64,000 nt of DNA, taken from the NCBI GenBank assembly GCA_963783305.1, contig CAWAMW010000015.1:411885-475884 (forward strand). Reading direction: 5' to 3'. Source of the stretch: an uncultured Gemmatimonadales bacterium. Its GTDB lineage: Bacteria; Gemmatimonadota; Gemmatimonadetes; Longimicrobiales; RSA9. The first letter of the stretch is position 1. The number at the start of each line of letters is the position of its first letter. Below are positions 20,273 through 30,600 of this stretch, in pieces. The position numbers and the translations under genes are program-made. The notes below the pieces were generated by a model, which saw nothing but the letters and a program-made list of their open reading frames with translations, was not told the origin of the DNA and did no database searches.

Positions 20273-20289
20273 TTGAGATTCATTCTCAA
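20273..20289. promoter_or_regulatory. Fur-box-like operator
   Basis: TTGAGATT-C-ATTCTCAA, a 7-1-7 inverted repeat with one mismatch, 16 nt upstream of the TonB receptor ATG. Confidence 0.75.
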
Positions 20290-20393
20290 AGGAGCGCCCA
20301 TGATACCCGCTCCGCACCCTCGGATCAAGTCGGGAAGCGCTCGCCGCCCCCTGTGGGGGAGTCCCCGACGGGGTGGGGCTCGCCAGCCGACCC

Positions 20394-20424
20394 TTGACTC
20401 TCACGCAGCGTCAGGCCCTACCCT
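20394..20424 (+). promoter_or_regulatory. MerR-type promoter/operator
   Basis: TTGACT-N19-TACCCT with dyad CTCACG-cag-CGTCAG in the spacer. Confidence 0.75.
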
Positions 20425-20484
20425 TCCATGGCGACGGAAGGGCCGGGGGTCCGGACGGTACGCAGGTACAGGAGCACGGGAGCA

Positions 20485-21294
20485 ATGGGACGAGGGAGAT
20501 GGAAGGTCGGCGAGATCGCGGAGCGGGCGCGGGTATCCGTGCGGACGCTCCATCACTACGACGAGATCGGTCTGGTGGTGCCGTCGGACCGGACGGTGTC
20601 GGGATACCGGCTGTACTCGGAGTCGGACGTGGAGCGGCTGTACCAGGTGCTGTTGTACCGGGAGCTGGGGTTTGCGCTGGAGCGGATCGCGCGGCTGCTG
20701 GATGCGCCGTCTCCGGATCGTCTGGCGGCGCTTCGAGAGCAGCGTGAGCGCCTGCTGGCGCAGAAGCGGAGGACCGACGGAGTGATCCAGGCGGTGAACC
20801 GCATGGTGGAAAGCATGGAAAAGGGGGAAAAGATGGGTGACGGTGAGATCGAGGAAGGGTTCGACGCGTTCGCCGCGGCACCACGGGAAGTGCGGGCGCA
20901 CCAGGCGAAGCACGGTGAGGAGGTGCGGGAGCGGTGGGGTGGAACCGAGCCGTACCGGGAGTCGATGCGTCGCACGCGGGACTATACGGAGGCGAACTGG
21001 CGCACGCTGCGGGCGGAATCGGAGTCGAACGAGTCACGTATGGCGGAGCTCATGGCGCGGGGCTCGGACCCGGAGGGTGCGGACGCCATGGCGTGCGCCG
21101 AGGCGATGCGAGAGCATATCGGTCGCTGGTTCTACCCGTGCAGCCATCGAATGCACGCCGGGCTGGCGGACATGTACGAGGCCGATCCGCGGTTCGCGGC
21201 GCACTACGACAGTCGGGCCGCGGGACTCAGCGTCTTCGTGGCGGCGGCGGTGCGGGCCAACGCGATCCGGGCATGGGACGGGGGCGAGAGCTGA
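20485..21294 (+). CDS. MerR-family regulator with TipAS antibiotic-recognition domain
   Basis: KVGEIAERARVSVRTLHHYDEIGL...GYRLYS; C-terminal WFYPCSHRMHAGLADMYEADPRF. Confidence 0.93.
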   Translation: MGRGRWKVGEIAERARVSVRTLHHYDEIGLVVPSDRTVSGYRLYSESDVERLYQVLLYRELGFALERIARLLDAPSPDRLAALREQRERLLAQKRRTDGVIQAVNRMVESMEKGEKMGDGEIEEGFDAFAAAPREVRAHQAKHGEEVRERWGGTEPYRESMRRTRDYTEANWRTLRAESESNESRMAELMARGSDPEGADAMACAEAMREHIGRWFYPCSHRMHAGLADMYEADPRFAAHYDSRAAGLSVFVAAAVRANAIRAWDGGES

Positions 21295-21311
21295 CGCGGG
21301 GGGGATGCGCC

Positions 21312-21345
21312 GAAGGGCCCGCGCCGGATCCGGCGTGGGCCCTTC
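21312..21345. terminator. Hairpin between convergent genes
   Basis: GAAGGGCCCGCGCCG-GATC-CGGCGTGGGCCCTTC. Confidence 0.6.
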
Positions 21346-21367
21346 CCGTCCGAGGGGGCGCCGTCGC

Positions 21368-21949
21368 TCAGAAGCGGCGAACGATGCCGATCTCGAAGAC
21401 GACGGCCTGGAGCTCGACGGGCGTGGTGACGCTGTCGATGTCGAGGTCGCGTGAGAGCGAGCGGTAGCGGAGTCCTGGGGCCACGCTCCAGCGGCCGCGG
21501 TCGAAGGCGAGTCCGCCGGCGGCCTCCCAGCCAAGTCCGTGGCCGGAATCGACGGTCATGTCGTTGTCGTTGTTCTCCAGCTCGAGGTGGTTGTACATGG
21601 CGCCGGTGCGCACCCACCCGTGTGTGGTGGTCCTGCCGAAGATGGGGTGCTCGAAGCGGAGCCCGGCCACGTAGCCCGTCTCCTCGATCTCCATATCGGG
21701 TCCCGCGATGACGTCGAGGGCCTGGAAGAGGTTCCAGTCCCAGCCGGCGTAGGCGGAGAGGTGGGGCATGAAGCCGTAGCGGACACTCGCGCCCAGCCCG
21801 AAGCCGTTCTCGTGCGTGTCGCGCTCGGTGTCCTGGGTGGCGATCCCGCCGTTCCCATGGAGCTCGACCGCCCAGCGGTCCTGTGCGCTGGCGGGTGCGG
21901 CGTGGAGCAGCAGTGTCAGCGCCGTGATGGTGAAGAGGATTCTCGTCAT
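21368..21949 (-). CDS. Small outer-membrane beta-barrel protein (OmpA/OmpW-like)
   Basis: Signal peptide ASA-Q; amphipathic strands; C-terminal Phe. Confidence 0.85.
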   Translation of the reverse strand: MTRILFTITALTLLLHAAPASAQDRWAVELHGNGGIATQDTERDTHENGFGLGASVRYGFMPHLSAYAGWDWNLFQALDVIAGPDMEIEETGYVAGLRFEHPIFGRTTTHGWVRTGAMYNHLELENNDNDMTVDSGHGLGWEAAGGLAFDRGRWSVAPGLRYRSLSRDLDIDSVTTPVELQAVVFEIGIVRRF

Positions 21950-22105
21950 GGTCCGTCTCCCTTGTATCCGTTCAGGTCGGTGGGGGCCGGCGGATCGGCC
22001 GGTGCGCCCCTGACTCGTGACTCTAGGATACGGCCGCTACCCGGGGCGGTGCGTCACCCGTTCGGGTGATTCGACGGGGGAAATGCGCGGGGGATCGAGC
22101 ATCGA

Positions 22106-23179
22106 TCATCGGTGCTCGTGCTCGATCAGCCGCGCCTTTCGCTCGGCGCCCCAGCGATAGCCGCCGGGGGTACCGTCCGCGCGGACCACGCGGTGGCACG
22201 GGACCACCAGCGCCGTGGGGTTCGTGGCGCACGCACGTCCGACGGCGCGCGCCGCGCCAGGATCGCCGATGGCCGCAGCGATCTCGCCGTACGTCCGCAC
22301 CTCGCCGAAGGGGATGTCCCGGAGCGCTTTCCACACGCGGAGCTGAAAGGTGGAGCCCCGCACGTCCAGCGGCACGGCCGGTCCGGTGTGGTCACCCTCC
22401 AGCGAAGCCAGGATCGCAGCGATCCAGGCGGATCCCTCGGGCGCGTACGGCGCCAGCTCGGCCGCCGGGAACTCCGCCGCGAGCTCCGCCGCGAGGGCCG
22501 AGGGGTCGTCCCCGAGCATGACGGCACACACGCCGCGCGCGGTCCACGCCACGAGCACGATCCCGAACCCGGTCCGGTGCGTCGAGTACTCAACGGCGAG
22601 CCCGGCGGCGCCGCCCCGGTACTCCCCGGGTGTCATGCCCATCCCCGCGGCCGACGCGTACGCGCCGCGGTAGGAGCCGTACCCGGCGCCCCATACCGCC
22701 CGCGCCACGTCGTCGCCGTCCCGCAGCCGCGCCCTCAGCGACTCGAGCCGGCGCGCGTCCTGATACTCCCGCGGTGACAGGCCCACCGCATCGCGGAACG
22801 CGCGCTGGAGATGGAAGGGCGACACCCCCACGGCCGCGCCGAGCTCCGCCAGGGTGACCCGCACGTCCCGTCGCGCATCGAGGTACTCCATGGCGCGCCC
22901 GATCCGGTGCTCCGTCGGGGTGCCGGTGGCGGATGCCGGGTGACACCGGTGGCACGCGCGGTACCCCGCCGCCTCCGCCGCTGCCGGCGTCTCGAAGAAC
23001 TCCACGTTCTCCCGCCTGGGCCGACGCGCCGGGCAGGTCGGCCGGCAGTAGATGCCGGTGGTCCGGACGGCGTAGAAGAACGCGCCGTCGTATGCGCGAT
23101 CGCGCTCGAGCACCGCGCGCCAGCGCAGGTCCTTCCCCTCCCCGACCCCCATCGCGGCTCCTTCCTTCCCCCGGTTCAT
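22106..23179 (-). CDS. ada: Bifunctional transcriptional activator / O6-methylguanine-DNA methyltransferase
   Basis: AVRTTGIYCRPTCPAR...GYRACHRC zinc site, AraC HTH, VPCHRV active site. Confidence 0.95.
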   Translation of the reverse strand: MNRGKEGAAMGVGEGKDLRWRAVLERDRAYDGAFFYAVRTTGIYCRPTCPARRPRRENVEFFETPAAAEAAGYRACHRCHPASATGTPTEHRIGRAMEYLDARRDVRVTLAELGAAVGVSPFHLQRAFRDAVGLSPREYQDARRLESLRARLRDGDDVARAVWGAGYGSYRGAYASAAGMGMTPGEYRGGAAGLAVEYSTHRTGFGIVLVAWTARGVCAVMLGDDPSALAAELAAEFPAAELAPYAPEGSAWIAAILASLEGDHTGPAVPLDVRGSTFQLRVWKALRDIPFGEVRTYGEIAAAIGDPGAARAVGRACATNPTALVVPCHRVVRADGTPGGYRWGAERKARLIEHEHR

Positions 23180-23376
23180 GACGGACCCCTCCTCACAATG
23201 GCTCGAGCGATGCCGTGGCCGCCACCGCGGCTTCCGGAGGTTCCATGATACACGAGTACCGGGGCGGACTCTATCCGGATGTTGCGGGGGAACGCCCACC
23301 CCCTATCGAACCATTCGGCGACTCACTCGATCCAACACCCAGACGCTCGACGACTCGACTCCGGACAGATCGGCTC

Positions 23377-26094
23377 ATGCGACCCATACCCTGCTTCGCT
23401 GGACTCCTCCTCGCCTTCGGCCTGCCCGCGCTCGCCCACGCCCAGGATGCGTCCGTGCACACCACGACCCCGCCCGTCGCGACCGCCGCGCCGCGTCAGG
23501 GCCCCATCGTGGTGGACGGCGTGCTCGGCGAGGAGGGCTGGCAGACCGCTCCGCCCGCCGGCGACCTGCGGCAGTACCAGCCGGAGGAGGGCGCCGCCGC
23601 GTCCCACCCCACGGAGCTCCGGGTCCTCTACGACGACAACGCCATCTACATCGGCGCGCGCATGACGCAGCCCGGTGGTGTGGTGGCGCCGCTGGCGCGC
23701 AGGGACCAGCTGCTGGACGCGAGCGGTGACAATGGCTCGTTCAACTCGCTGACGACGGACAAGCTGATCGTGCGGCTGGACCCGTACCACAACCACCTGG
23801 ACGACGCATGGTTCGAGGTGAACCCAGCGGGTGCCTGGGGCGACCAGTTCAACGGCGATCCCTCGTGGGACCCCGTCTGGGAAGCGGCCGCCCGCATCGA
23901 CTCGCTTGGGTGGACGGCTGAAATGCGCATCCCGTTCAGCCAGCTCCGTTTCTCCGCCTCCGACTCGCTCCAGAGCTGGGGCCTCCAGGTCTGGCGCTAC
24001 GTGGATCGACTGAACGAGCAGGACGTATGGTCGTTCCGCCCGCGCAACGTGGCCAGCGGCCCGGCGTTCTACGGCCACCTGGAGGCGCTCGCGATCCAGG
24101 AGCAGCCCCGGCAGCTGGAGGTCATGCCGTACGTGGTGACCGGGAGCCGGTTCGAGCGCGCCGCGCCCGGCGACCCGTACGGCGAGGACCTCGAGATGCG
24201 GCTGGGTGTGGGGGGCGACCTGAAGTACCTGGTGACCACCAACCTCACCCTGGACGCCACCTTCAACCCGGACTTCGGGCAGGTGGAGGTGGACCCCGCG
24301 TCGCTGAACCTGAGCGCGTTCGAGACCTATTACGACGAGAAGCGGCCGTTCTTCATCGCGGGATCCAGCGCGTTCCAGTTCGGCGGCATGCGCTGCATGT
24401 TCTGCAGCAACTCCTCCGGCCTCGGCGCCTTCTACTCACGCCGGATCGGGCGGCCGCCGCAGCTCGGCGGGTACGTGGACGATCTGGCCGACTACGCCGA
24501 CGCCCCCGAGAACACCTCCATCCTCGCCGCCGCCAAGCTCACCGGCCGCACGGATGGCGGCTATACCATCGGCGTGCTCAACGCGGTCACGGGCCGGGAG
24601 TCCGCGCACTACCTGACCGAGCCGGGGGCGATCCAGGAGACGCAGGTAGTGGAGCCGCTCACGAACTACTTCGTCGGACGCGCGAAGAAGGAGTTCCGCG
24701 GCGGCGCCACCACGTTCGGCGGGATCCTCACGTCCACCGCCCGGCGCACCGCCGACGCGGTGGTGGACGACCGGCTGCACGGCCATGCCGAGGCGCTGGG
24801 CGTGGACTGGCAGCACAGCTGGAACGGCCGCGCCTACAACTGGATGGGGAGCGCGCTGCTCTCGAACGTCGCCGGGTCGGCCGCAGCCATCGCCCGGACC
24901 CAGCGCTCCAGCGCCCGCTACTTCCAGCGCCCCGACCGCACCCTCGATGGCGGCGGTCTGTTCGATGCCGCTTACGACACCAGCGCCACGTCGCTCCGTG
25001 GCTACGGCATGTTCAGCCGAGTCGCCAAGGACGCCGGCACGCTCCGCTGGGAGGCCATGGCCAACGTCCGGAGCCCCGGCTTCGAGGTGAACGACATGGC
25101 GTTCCTGAATCGCTCCGACTACGTCTGGCTCAACGGCAACATCGCCGGCAGCTTCACCACCCCCACCCGCTGGTATCGGAACGTCTTCGCCAGCTTCGGC
25201 GGCGCCACGGAGTACAACTACGATGGGGATCGGACCCGGGCGAACCTCCAGACCTTCGTCGGCGTGGAGCTGCCCAACTACTGGAACATCCGGCTCATGG
25301 GCATCCACAACGAGCCCGCGCTCGACGATCGCCTGACCCGCGGCGGACCCGTGGTCCGGAGGGCCGGCTACCAGGTAGGCAGCATCCAGGTCTCCACCGA
25401 TGCCCGCGCCACCGCGGTTTTCGACGTACAGGTACAGGCCGCCCGCGGCGTGGGGGACGACACCCGCTCCCTCACCATTCAGCCCGGCCTCGCGCTCAAG
25501 CCGGCGTCCAACGTCTTCATCCAGCTGTCGCCCAGCTACAACTACGACGAGGGGTCGGCCCAGTACGTGACCAGCGTGGACGATCCCGCCGCGACGGAGT
25601 TCTACGGGAGCCGGTACGTCTTCGGCTACATCAAGACGCGAACCCTCTCCATGGGCACCCGCGTGAACTGGACATTCACGCCCAAGCTGACGCTTCAGCT
25701 GTTCGCGCAGCCTTTCATCGCCAGCGGAGACTACTCCTCGTTCCGCGAGTTCGCCCGGCCCCGTACGCTCGACAAGGTCATCTACGGTGAGGACACGGGG
25801 ACCATCGCCTACGACGAGGCGAACGGCGAATATCACGTGGACCCGGACGCCGACGGCCCCGCCGCGTCGTTCTCCTTCGAAAACCCGGACTTCACCACCA
25901 GCGCGCTACGCGGCACCGCTGTAGTCCGCTGGGAGTACCGCCCCGGCTCCACCCTCTTTTTCGTCTGGACCCAGCAGCGCGCCGGTGACGATCCAGCCGG
26001 GACCTTCGACCTCGGCGACGCCCGCACCGCCATCTTCGACGAGCGGCCGGTGAACATCTTCCAGGTGAAGGCGACCTACTGGTTCGGACGCTAG
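23377..26094 (+). CDS. DUF5916-type outer-membrane protein with N-terminal CBM9-like domain
   Basis: IVVDGVLGEEGW, LYDDNAIYIG, GWTAEMRIPFSQLRF, NLTLDATFNPDFGQVEVD, YDEKRPFF, FYSRRIG, RWEYRPGSTLFFVW. Confidence 0.9.
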   Translation: MRPIPCFAGLLLAFGLPALAHAQDASVHTTTPPVATAAPRQGPIVVDGVLGEEGWQTAPPAGDLRQYQPEEGAAASHPTELRVLYDDNAIYIGARMTQPGGVVAPLARRDQLLDASGDNGSFNSLTTDKLIVRLDPYHNHLDDAWFEVNPAGAWGDQFNGDPSWDPVWEAAARIDSLGWTAEMRIPFSQLRFSASDSLQSWGLQVWRYVDRLNEQDVWSFRPRNVASGPAFYGHLEALAIQEQPRQLEVMPYVVTGSRFERAAPGDPYGEDLEMRLGVGGDLKYLVTTNLTLDATFNPDFGQVEVDPASLNLSAFETYYDEKRPFFIAGSSAFQFGGMRCMFCSNSSGLGAFYSRRIGRPPQLGGYVDDLADYADAPENTSILAAAKLTGRTDGGYTIGVLNAVTGRESAHYLTEPGAIQETQVVEPLTNYFVGRAKKEFRGGATTFGGILTSTARRTADAVVDDRLHGHAEALGVDWQHSWNGRAYNWMGSALLSNVAGSAAAIARTQRSSARYFQRPDRTLDGGGLFDAAYDTSATSLRGYGMFSRVAKDAGTLRWEAMANVRSPGFEVNDMAFLNRSDYVWLNGNIAGSFTTPTRWYRNVFASFGGATEYNYDGDRTRANLQTFVGVELPNYWNIRLMGIHNEPALDDRLTRGGPVVRRAGYQVGSIQVSTDARATAVFDVQVQAARGVGDDTRSLTIQPGLALKPASNVFIQLSPSYNYDEGSAQYVTSVDDPAATEFYGSRYVFGYIKTRTLSMGTRVNWTFTPKLTLQLFAQPFIASGDYSSFREFARPRTLDKVIYGEDTGTIAYDEANGEYHVDPDADGPAASFSFENPDFTTSALRGTAVVRWEYRPGSTLFFVWTQQRAGDDPAGTFDLGDARTAIFDERPVNIFQVKATYWFGR

Positions 26095-26221
26095 CGGACA
26101 GCGCACGGCTTCGGCCGTTTCCTGCGCCGTGGGTCGGGGGGACTCCACGGGATCGGGGGGCGGCCGAAGCCGCGGCGTGGCAGAGGGCCCGACCCCGAAC
26201 GGGCCCCGGATACCCTCCCCC

Positions 26222-26914
26222 TCAGTCCATCGCGTGCCCTCCAGTGTAGTGCCGGCAGGACACGTTCGAGTTCATCGGGTGGAATACGCCCAGCGGATTC
26301 TCGCGATACAGCCAGACGTGGCGGTCATAGTGCGGCTCGAATCCGTGCGCTTCATCGAACTCGGTGGCGGGATCATCGACCATCCGGTCCCACGGGATCC
26401 CGTGGAACGTCGGTACTGACGTGTTACCCGCACGGGTCCAGGCGTCAATGAAAACGAGGTTCTCGACCCCTACCAGCTCCATGGCCCCGCCCTCCTGTGG
26501 CTCGTACAACAGGATGGCCGGTGTGTGGAAATCGACGTGTGTGCTCGTGCCGTTGACGCGAGGGTTTGGCGGACCGGTGAGGGCCAACAGGTCCGGGCGC
26601 AGGTAGTGGATCCCCATGGCGCCCTCATCGGCTGGCCGGCCCTCCATCTCAGCCGTCACGCACATGCCTGACGGATCCTGGATATACCCCTCCGCGAGTG
26701 CAACATTGATATCGCGGAACCGATCGGTCGCCGCGCGCACTTCATCGAGTGAGGGCTCGCCCGGGCCAGGTACCGATTGCGCTGCGACAGCGACTCGCGA
26801 CGCCGCGGTACCTTCCTGCGCAGATGCAGGGATGGCGGCGAAGCTGGGTACACCCACGACGAGCGTGAGCGACAAGAACCTGGACATGAACGTACAGGGC
26901 ACCAAGGTGCGCAT
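26222..26914 (-). CDS. Secreted hypothetical protein with conserved-looking GAMGIHY / LLYEP / HVWLY..NP.G motifs
   Basis: Signal peptide (..IPASA-Q); His-containing motifs; two Cys in the mature region. Confidence 0.8.
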   Translation of the reverse strand: MRTLVPCTFMSRFLSLTLVVGVPSFAAIPASAQEGTAASRVAVAAQSVPGPGEPSLDEVRAATDRFRDINVALAEGYIQDPSGMCVTAEMEGRPADEGAMGIHYLRPDLLALTGPPNPRVNGTSTHVDFHTPAILLYEPQEGGAMELVGVENLVFIDAWTRAGNTSVPTFHGIPWDRMVDDPATEFDEAHGFEPHYDRHVWLYRENPLGVFHPMNSNVSCRHYTGGHAMD

Positions 26915-27089
26915 TGGGCGTGCTCCTGAGAGTGGGGGGGGCAGCGGGATGGAGGCTGCAGCGAAAAGGTACTCAGGTCGCTTTCCGACATGCAATGATC
27001 ATCATCTGCGCTGCTGTCGCCGGCGCTCCTCGGATACTCCGGGCACTGTTGGCGCCATCGAACCGCGACACACTCCGCCGAAGGCCGTC

Positions 27090-27632
27090 TCAGTTCGTCC
27101 TTGGGTCGAACGGGATGCGGGCCATGGTGGAGTACGGCGGCCCCAGCCGGGTTAGGACCCGGCGCCACAGGTCCTCCGGTGAGCCCGTGAAGACGTCGTC
27201 CTCGGCGGGCTCAGCTACGACCCAGGCGTCGGCCTCCAGCTCGGCCTCCAGCTGACCCGGCGCCCAGCCGGCGTGACCGGCGAAGACGCGTGCGCGCAGG
27301 ACCGCCGGTCGCACCTCTGCGGGGATGTCGCCGGTAAGGAAACCGACGGAACCGAACACGGGCACGTCCACGAGCCCCGGCCGATCGAGCTCGGCGAGCA
27401 CCACCGGCTGGGTAGGCTCCACGGGGCCGCCCTCGAACAGGCGGTCCCGGGGAGGGACGAGCGCGGCCAGCGGAGCGACGGCGTCCTCCACTGTCACGTC
27501 CATCGGCCGGTTCAGGATCACCCCCACCGCACCGTCCAGGTCGTGCTCACCCATCAGCACGACCGTATGGCGGAAGCTGGGATCGAACAGCCCGCCAGCC
27601 GAGACCAGCAGCCGACCCTTCAGGCTCTCCAC
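27090..27632 (-). CDS. yqgE: YqgE/AlgH (UPF0301) family protein
   Basis: DPSFRHTVVLM.EH..GAVGVILNRP, GGPV, GHAGWAPGQLEAEL, W. Confidence 0.93.
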   Translation of the reverse strand: MESLKGRLLVSAGGLFDPSFRHTVVLMGEHDLDGAVGVILNRPMDVTVEDAVAPLAALVPPRDRLFEGGPVEPTQPVVLAELDRPGLVDVPVFGSVGFLTGDIPAEVRPAVLRARVFAGHAGWAPGQLEAELEADAWVVAEPAEDDVFTGSPEDLWRRVLTRLGPPYSTMARIPFDPRTN

Positions 27633-27636
27633 GCCA

Positions 27637-30600
27637 TCAACGCTCCAGCAGCGTCCGGACCGCGGCCTCCAGCTGCGGATCGCGGCCGCGGCTCACGAGC
27701 TCGTATGCATTCCATACCGGCACGTCCACCTCCGTCTGCCAGTTCTCGAGGTAGCGGCCCGTATTCGTGTCCTTCACACCCATCCCGGGCACCCCCCAGC
27801 GGACGTCGTTCTGCAGCCCCTCCCAGCCGGCAAACGTGCACGTGCCGGGCACCGGCTGCCCCACCAGCGGCCCGATGCCAAGGCGCTGGTACGCCCATGC
27901 GTAGCAGTGACCGTCGCTGTACGCCGCCTCGTTGATGATCGTCACGCTCGGCTTCGTCCAGCGGAAGTTCGGCTCGAACCCGGTGCTGCGCGTGTCCGTC
28001 GTGTAGTCGAAGAAGCGCTCCCCCGTCAGGAACATGGCGAGATCCGCCACCAGGTCCCCGCCGCCGTTCCAGCGGGCGTCCACGACCAGCCCTTCGCGAT
28101 CCGGGTACTTGCCCATGACCTCCTCGAAGGCGGAGCGGTACGCGCCGTCGTTCATTCCGGGCACGTGAATGTAACCGAGGCGGCCGTCGCTGAGGCGGTC
28201 CACCTCCGCCGCGTTCCGTTCGACCCAGCGCGTGTACAGCAGCCGGCTCTCCTCCCGCTGGGTGATGGGCCGGGCCACGAGCTCCCGCTCCGCCCCGCGC
28301 GGTCCCCGGAGGGACAGGAGGACGTTCCGCTCCGCCTTCCGGTTCAGCAGGGAGGCCAGGTCGACATCGGCGCCGATGGTGCTGCCGTCGATGGCGGTGA
28401 TGACCGTCCCCGGCGTCACGTCCATCCCCGGCCGGTCCAGCGGTCCGCCCTTCATCACCTCCACCACCTCCACGCCGGGCTCGGTGCGCGCGTAGTCGTA
28501 GAAGATGCCGAGCGACGCCGTCTCATCGCCGTTCTCCATGCGGCTGGAGAAGCGGGCGCCGCTGTGGCTCACGTTCAGCTCGCCCAGCATCTCGCTGAGC
28601 AGGTCGGCGAAGTCGTAGCCGTCGCCCACGCCCGGCAGGTAGCGCTGGTACTGTGCGCCGAGCGCCTCCCAGTCGGCGCCGTGGTAGCCCTCCGTGTAGA
28701 AAGTGTCCCGCGTACGGCGCCACACGCGATCGAACAGCGCCGCCCGCTCCGCCGTTTCGTCCACCACCATCTCGCCGCCAACCGTGATCTTCTCTCGCTT
28801 CCCGTTCGACGGGTCCACCAGCGCCATACCGCCCCCATCGACGACGAAGATCTTCTTCTGCGCGCTGTCCCATGCCATGCTCGCGCCATTCGCATCCAGC
28901 GCGAGCGTCATCTTGGTCTCCTTCGTCCGCAGGTTGGTGGTCCAGAGGTTCAGGCCGCCTTCGAACCGGGCGAGGTAGTGGAGCGTCTCGCCGTCGGGGC
29001 TCAACAGCGCGTCGCCCATCCGGGACGAGTGGATCGTCAGTCGCGACTTCCGATCCCACACGCCGTCCAGCTCCAGCACCACCGGCTCCGGCGCGGCCGC
29101 ACCCTCCTTCGGGTCATCCGACTTTTTCTCCGCGGTCGCCTCGGACTCCTTCAGCAGCGCGAACTCCTCGTCGCTCAGACGGAACCGGTCCCACGCCTCC
29201 CGGGTGAAGAACATGGCGTACGCGTCCGACTGGTCCCCACCCGACATGGCCATGGAGCGGAGCCCATCCCGATTGCTCTGCCACAGCATGGCCTTACCGC
29301 CCATGACCCATGACGGCGACCGGTCGCTGAACCCGCTCTTCGTCAGGTTGATGGCCGGCTCGCCCCCCGCCGCCCTCACCAGACCGGCCTCGCCCGGCGC
29401 CAGCCCCGGCACCGAGTAGTCGAACAGGATCCACTGCCCGTCCGGGCTCCACTCGAAGTGGTGGTAGGGCCCCGTGCCGAACAGCTCCTGGTCCGTCAGG
29501 AGCGTGCGCGTGCGGCCGTTCGCCTGAGTGCGCACCCGCAGGTTCGTGAAGTCCTCGATATAGGCGATCTCGCTCCCGTCCGGTGAGTAGCGCGGCTGGA
29601 AGTTCTGGTGCTCGTTCACGATCATCGGCGTCTCCGCCAGCACCGTGGACGCGAAGAAGTACGGCTCCGACTCCCGCGTGCGCCGTGCCTGGTAGATCCC
29701 CCAGCGGCCGTCGCGCTCCGAGGCGTAGAGGAGCACGCGGCTGTCCGGCGAGAAGACCACGCCCGTCTCGGCCTCCGGCGTCCGCGTCACCTGCTTCGTG
29801 CTGCCGCCCTCCACGGCCGTCACGAACACGTCTCCGCGGTAGATGAACGCGACCTCCTTGCCGTTCGGAGCCAACACCGCTTCGCGCATGCCGCTGCTGA
29901 ACGTCTCCACCGTCTCGCCGTTCGTGGCGGCGTCCATGGCCACCGTGACCGGCACCCGCCGCGGTTCGCCGCCCGGCGCCATGGTGTACATGCGGCCGTC
30001 GTGCGCGAAGGCGAGGGTGCCGTTGTCGGCGCGGGTGAGGAAGCGCACGGGTCCGTCCGTCGTGAACGCGGTCACCTGTGTGGACTCGCCACCGGCCGTG
30101 GCCATCCGGTGGACGTTCAGCGTCCCGCTCGCCTCGCTAAGGTAGTAGACCGTCGAGTCGCCGTCGGCGAAGACCGGGTCCCGATCCTCACCCGCGAAGG
30201 TGGTGAGCTTCCGGTGCGATCCCGACCCCGCGTCGTAGACCCAGAGGTCCCGGGCCACGGACGAGGTGTGGTGCTTCCGCCACGTGTTCTCGCCGCCCTT
30301 CCTGTCCTCGTAGATCATGAGGCGACCATCGCCGCTCACCACTACCTCCTCTGCGGGCGTGGTCAGGAGCTGGGCCGGGCGACCCCCCTCCAGCGAGACC
30401 CGGTAGAGCTCCGGCTGCGCCCCCGTGGGGAAGAGCCGGCTGCTCGCCGCGTCCAGCCGCGCGGCGCCGAACACCACTCCGGCGCCATCCGCCGTGAACG
30501 CGTACGGGTACTCGTCCGCGCTGTGCACGGTGAGCCGGCGGGCTTGTCCGCCCTCAGCCGGCATGAGGTACACATCGAAGTTGCCGAACCGGTCGCTGGC

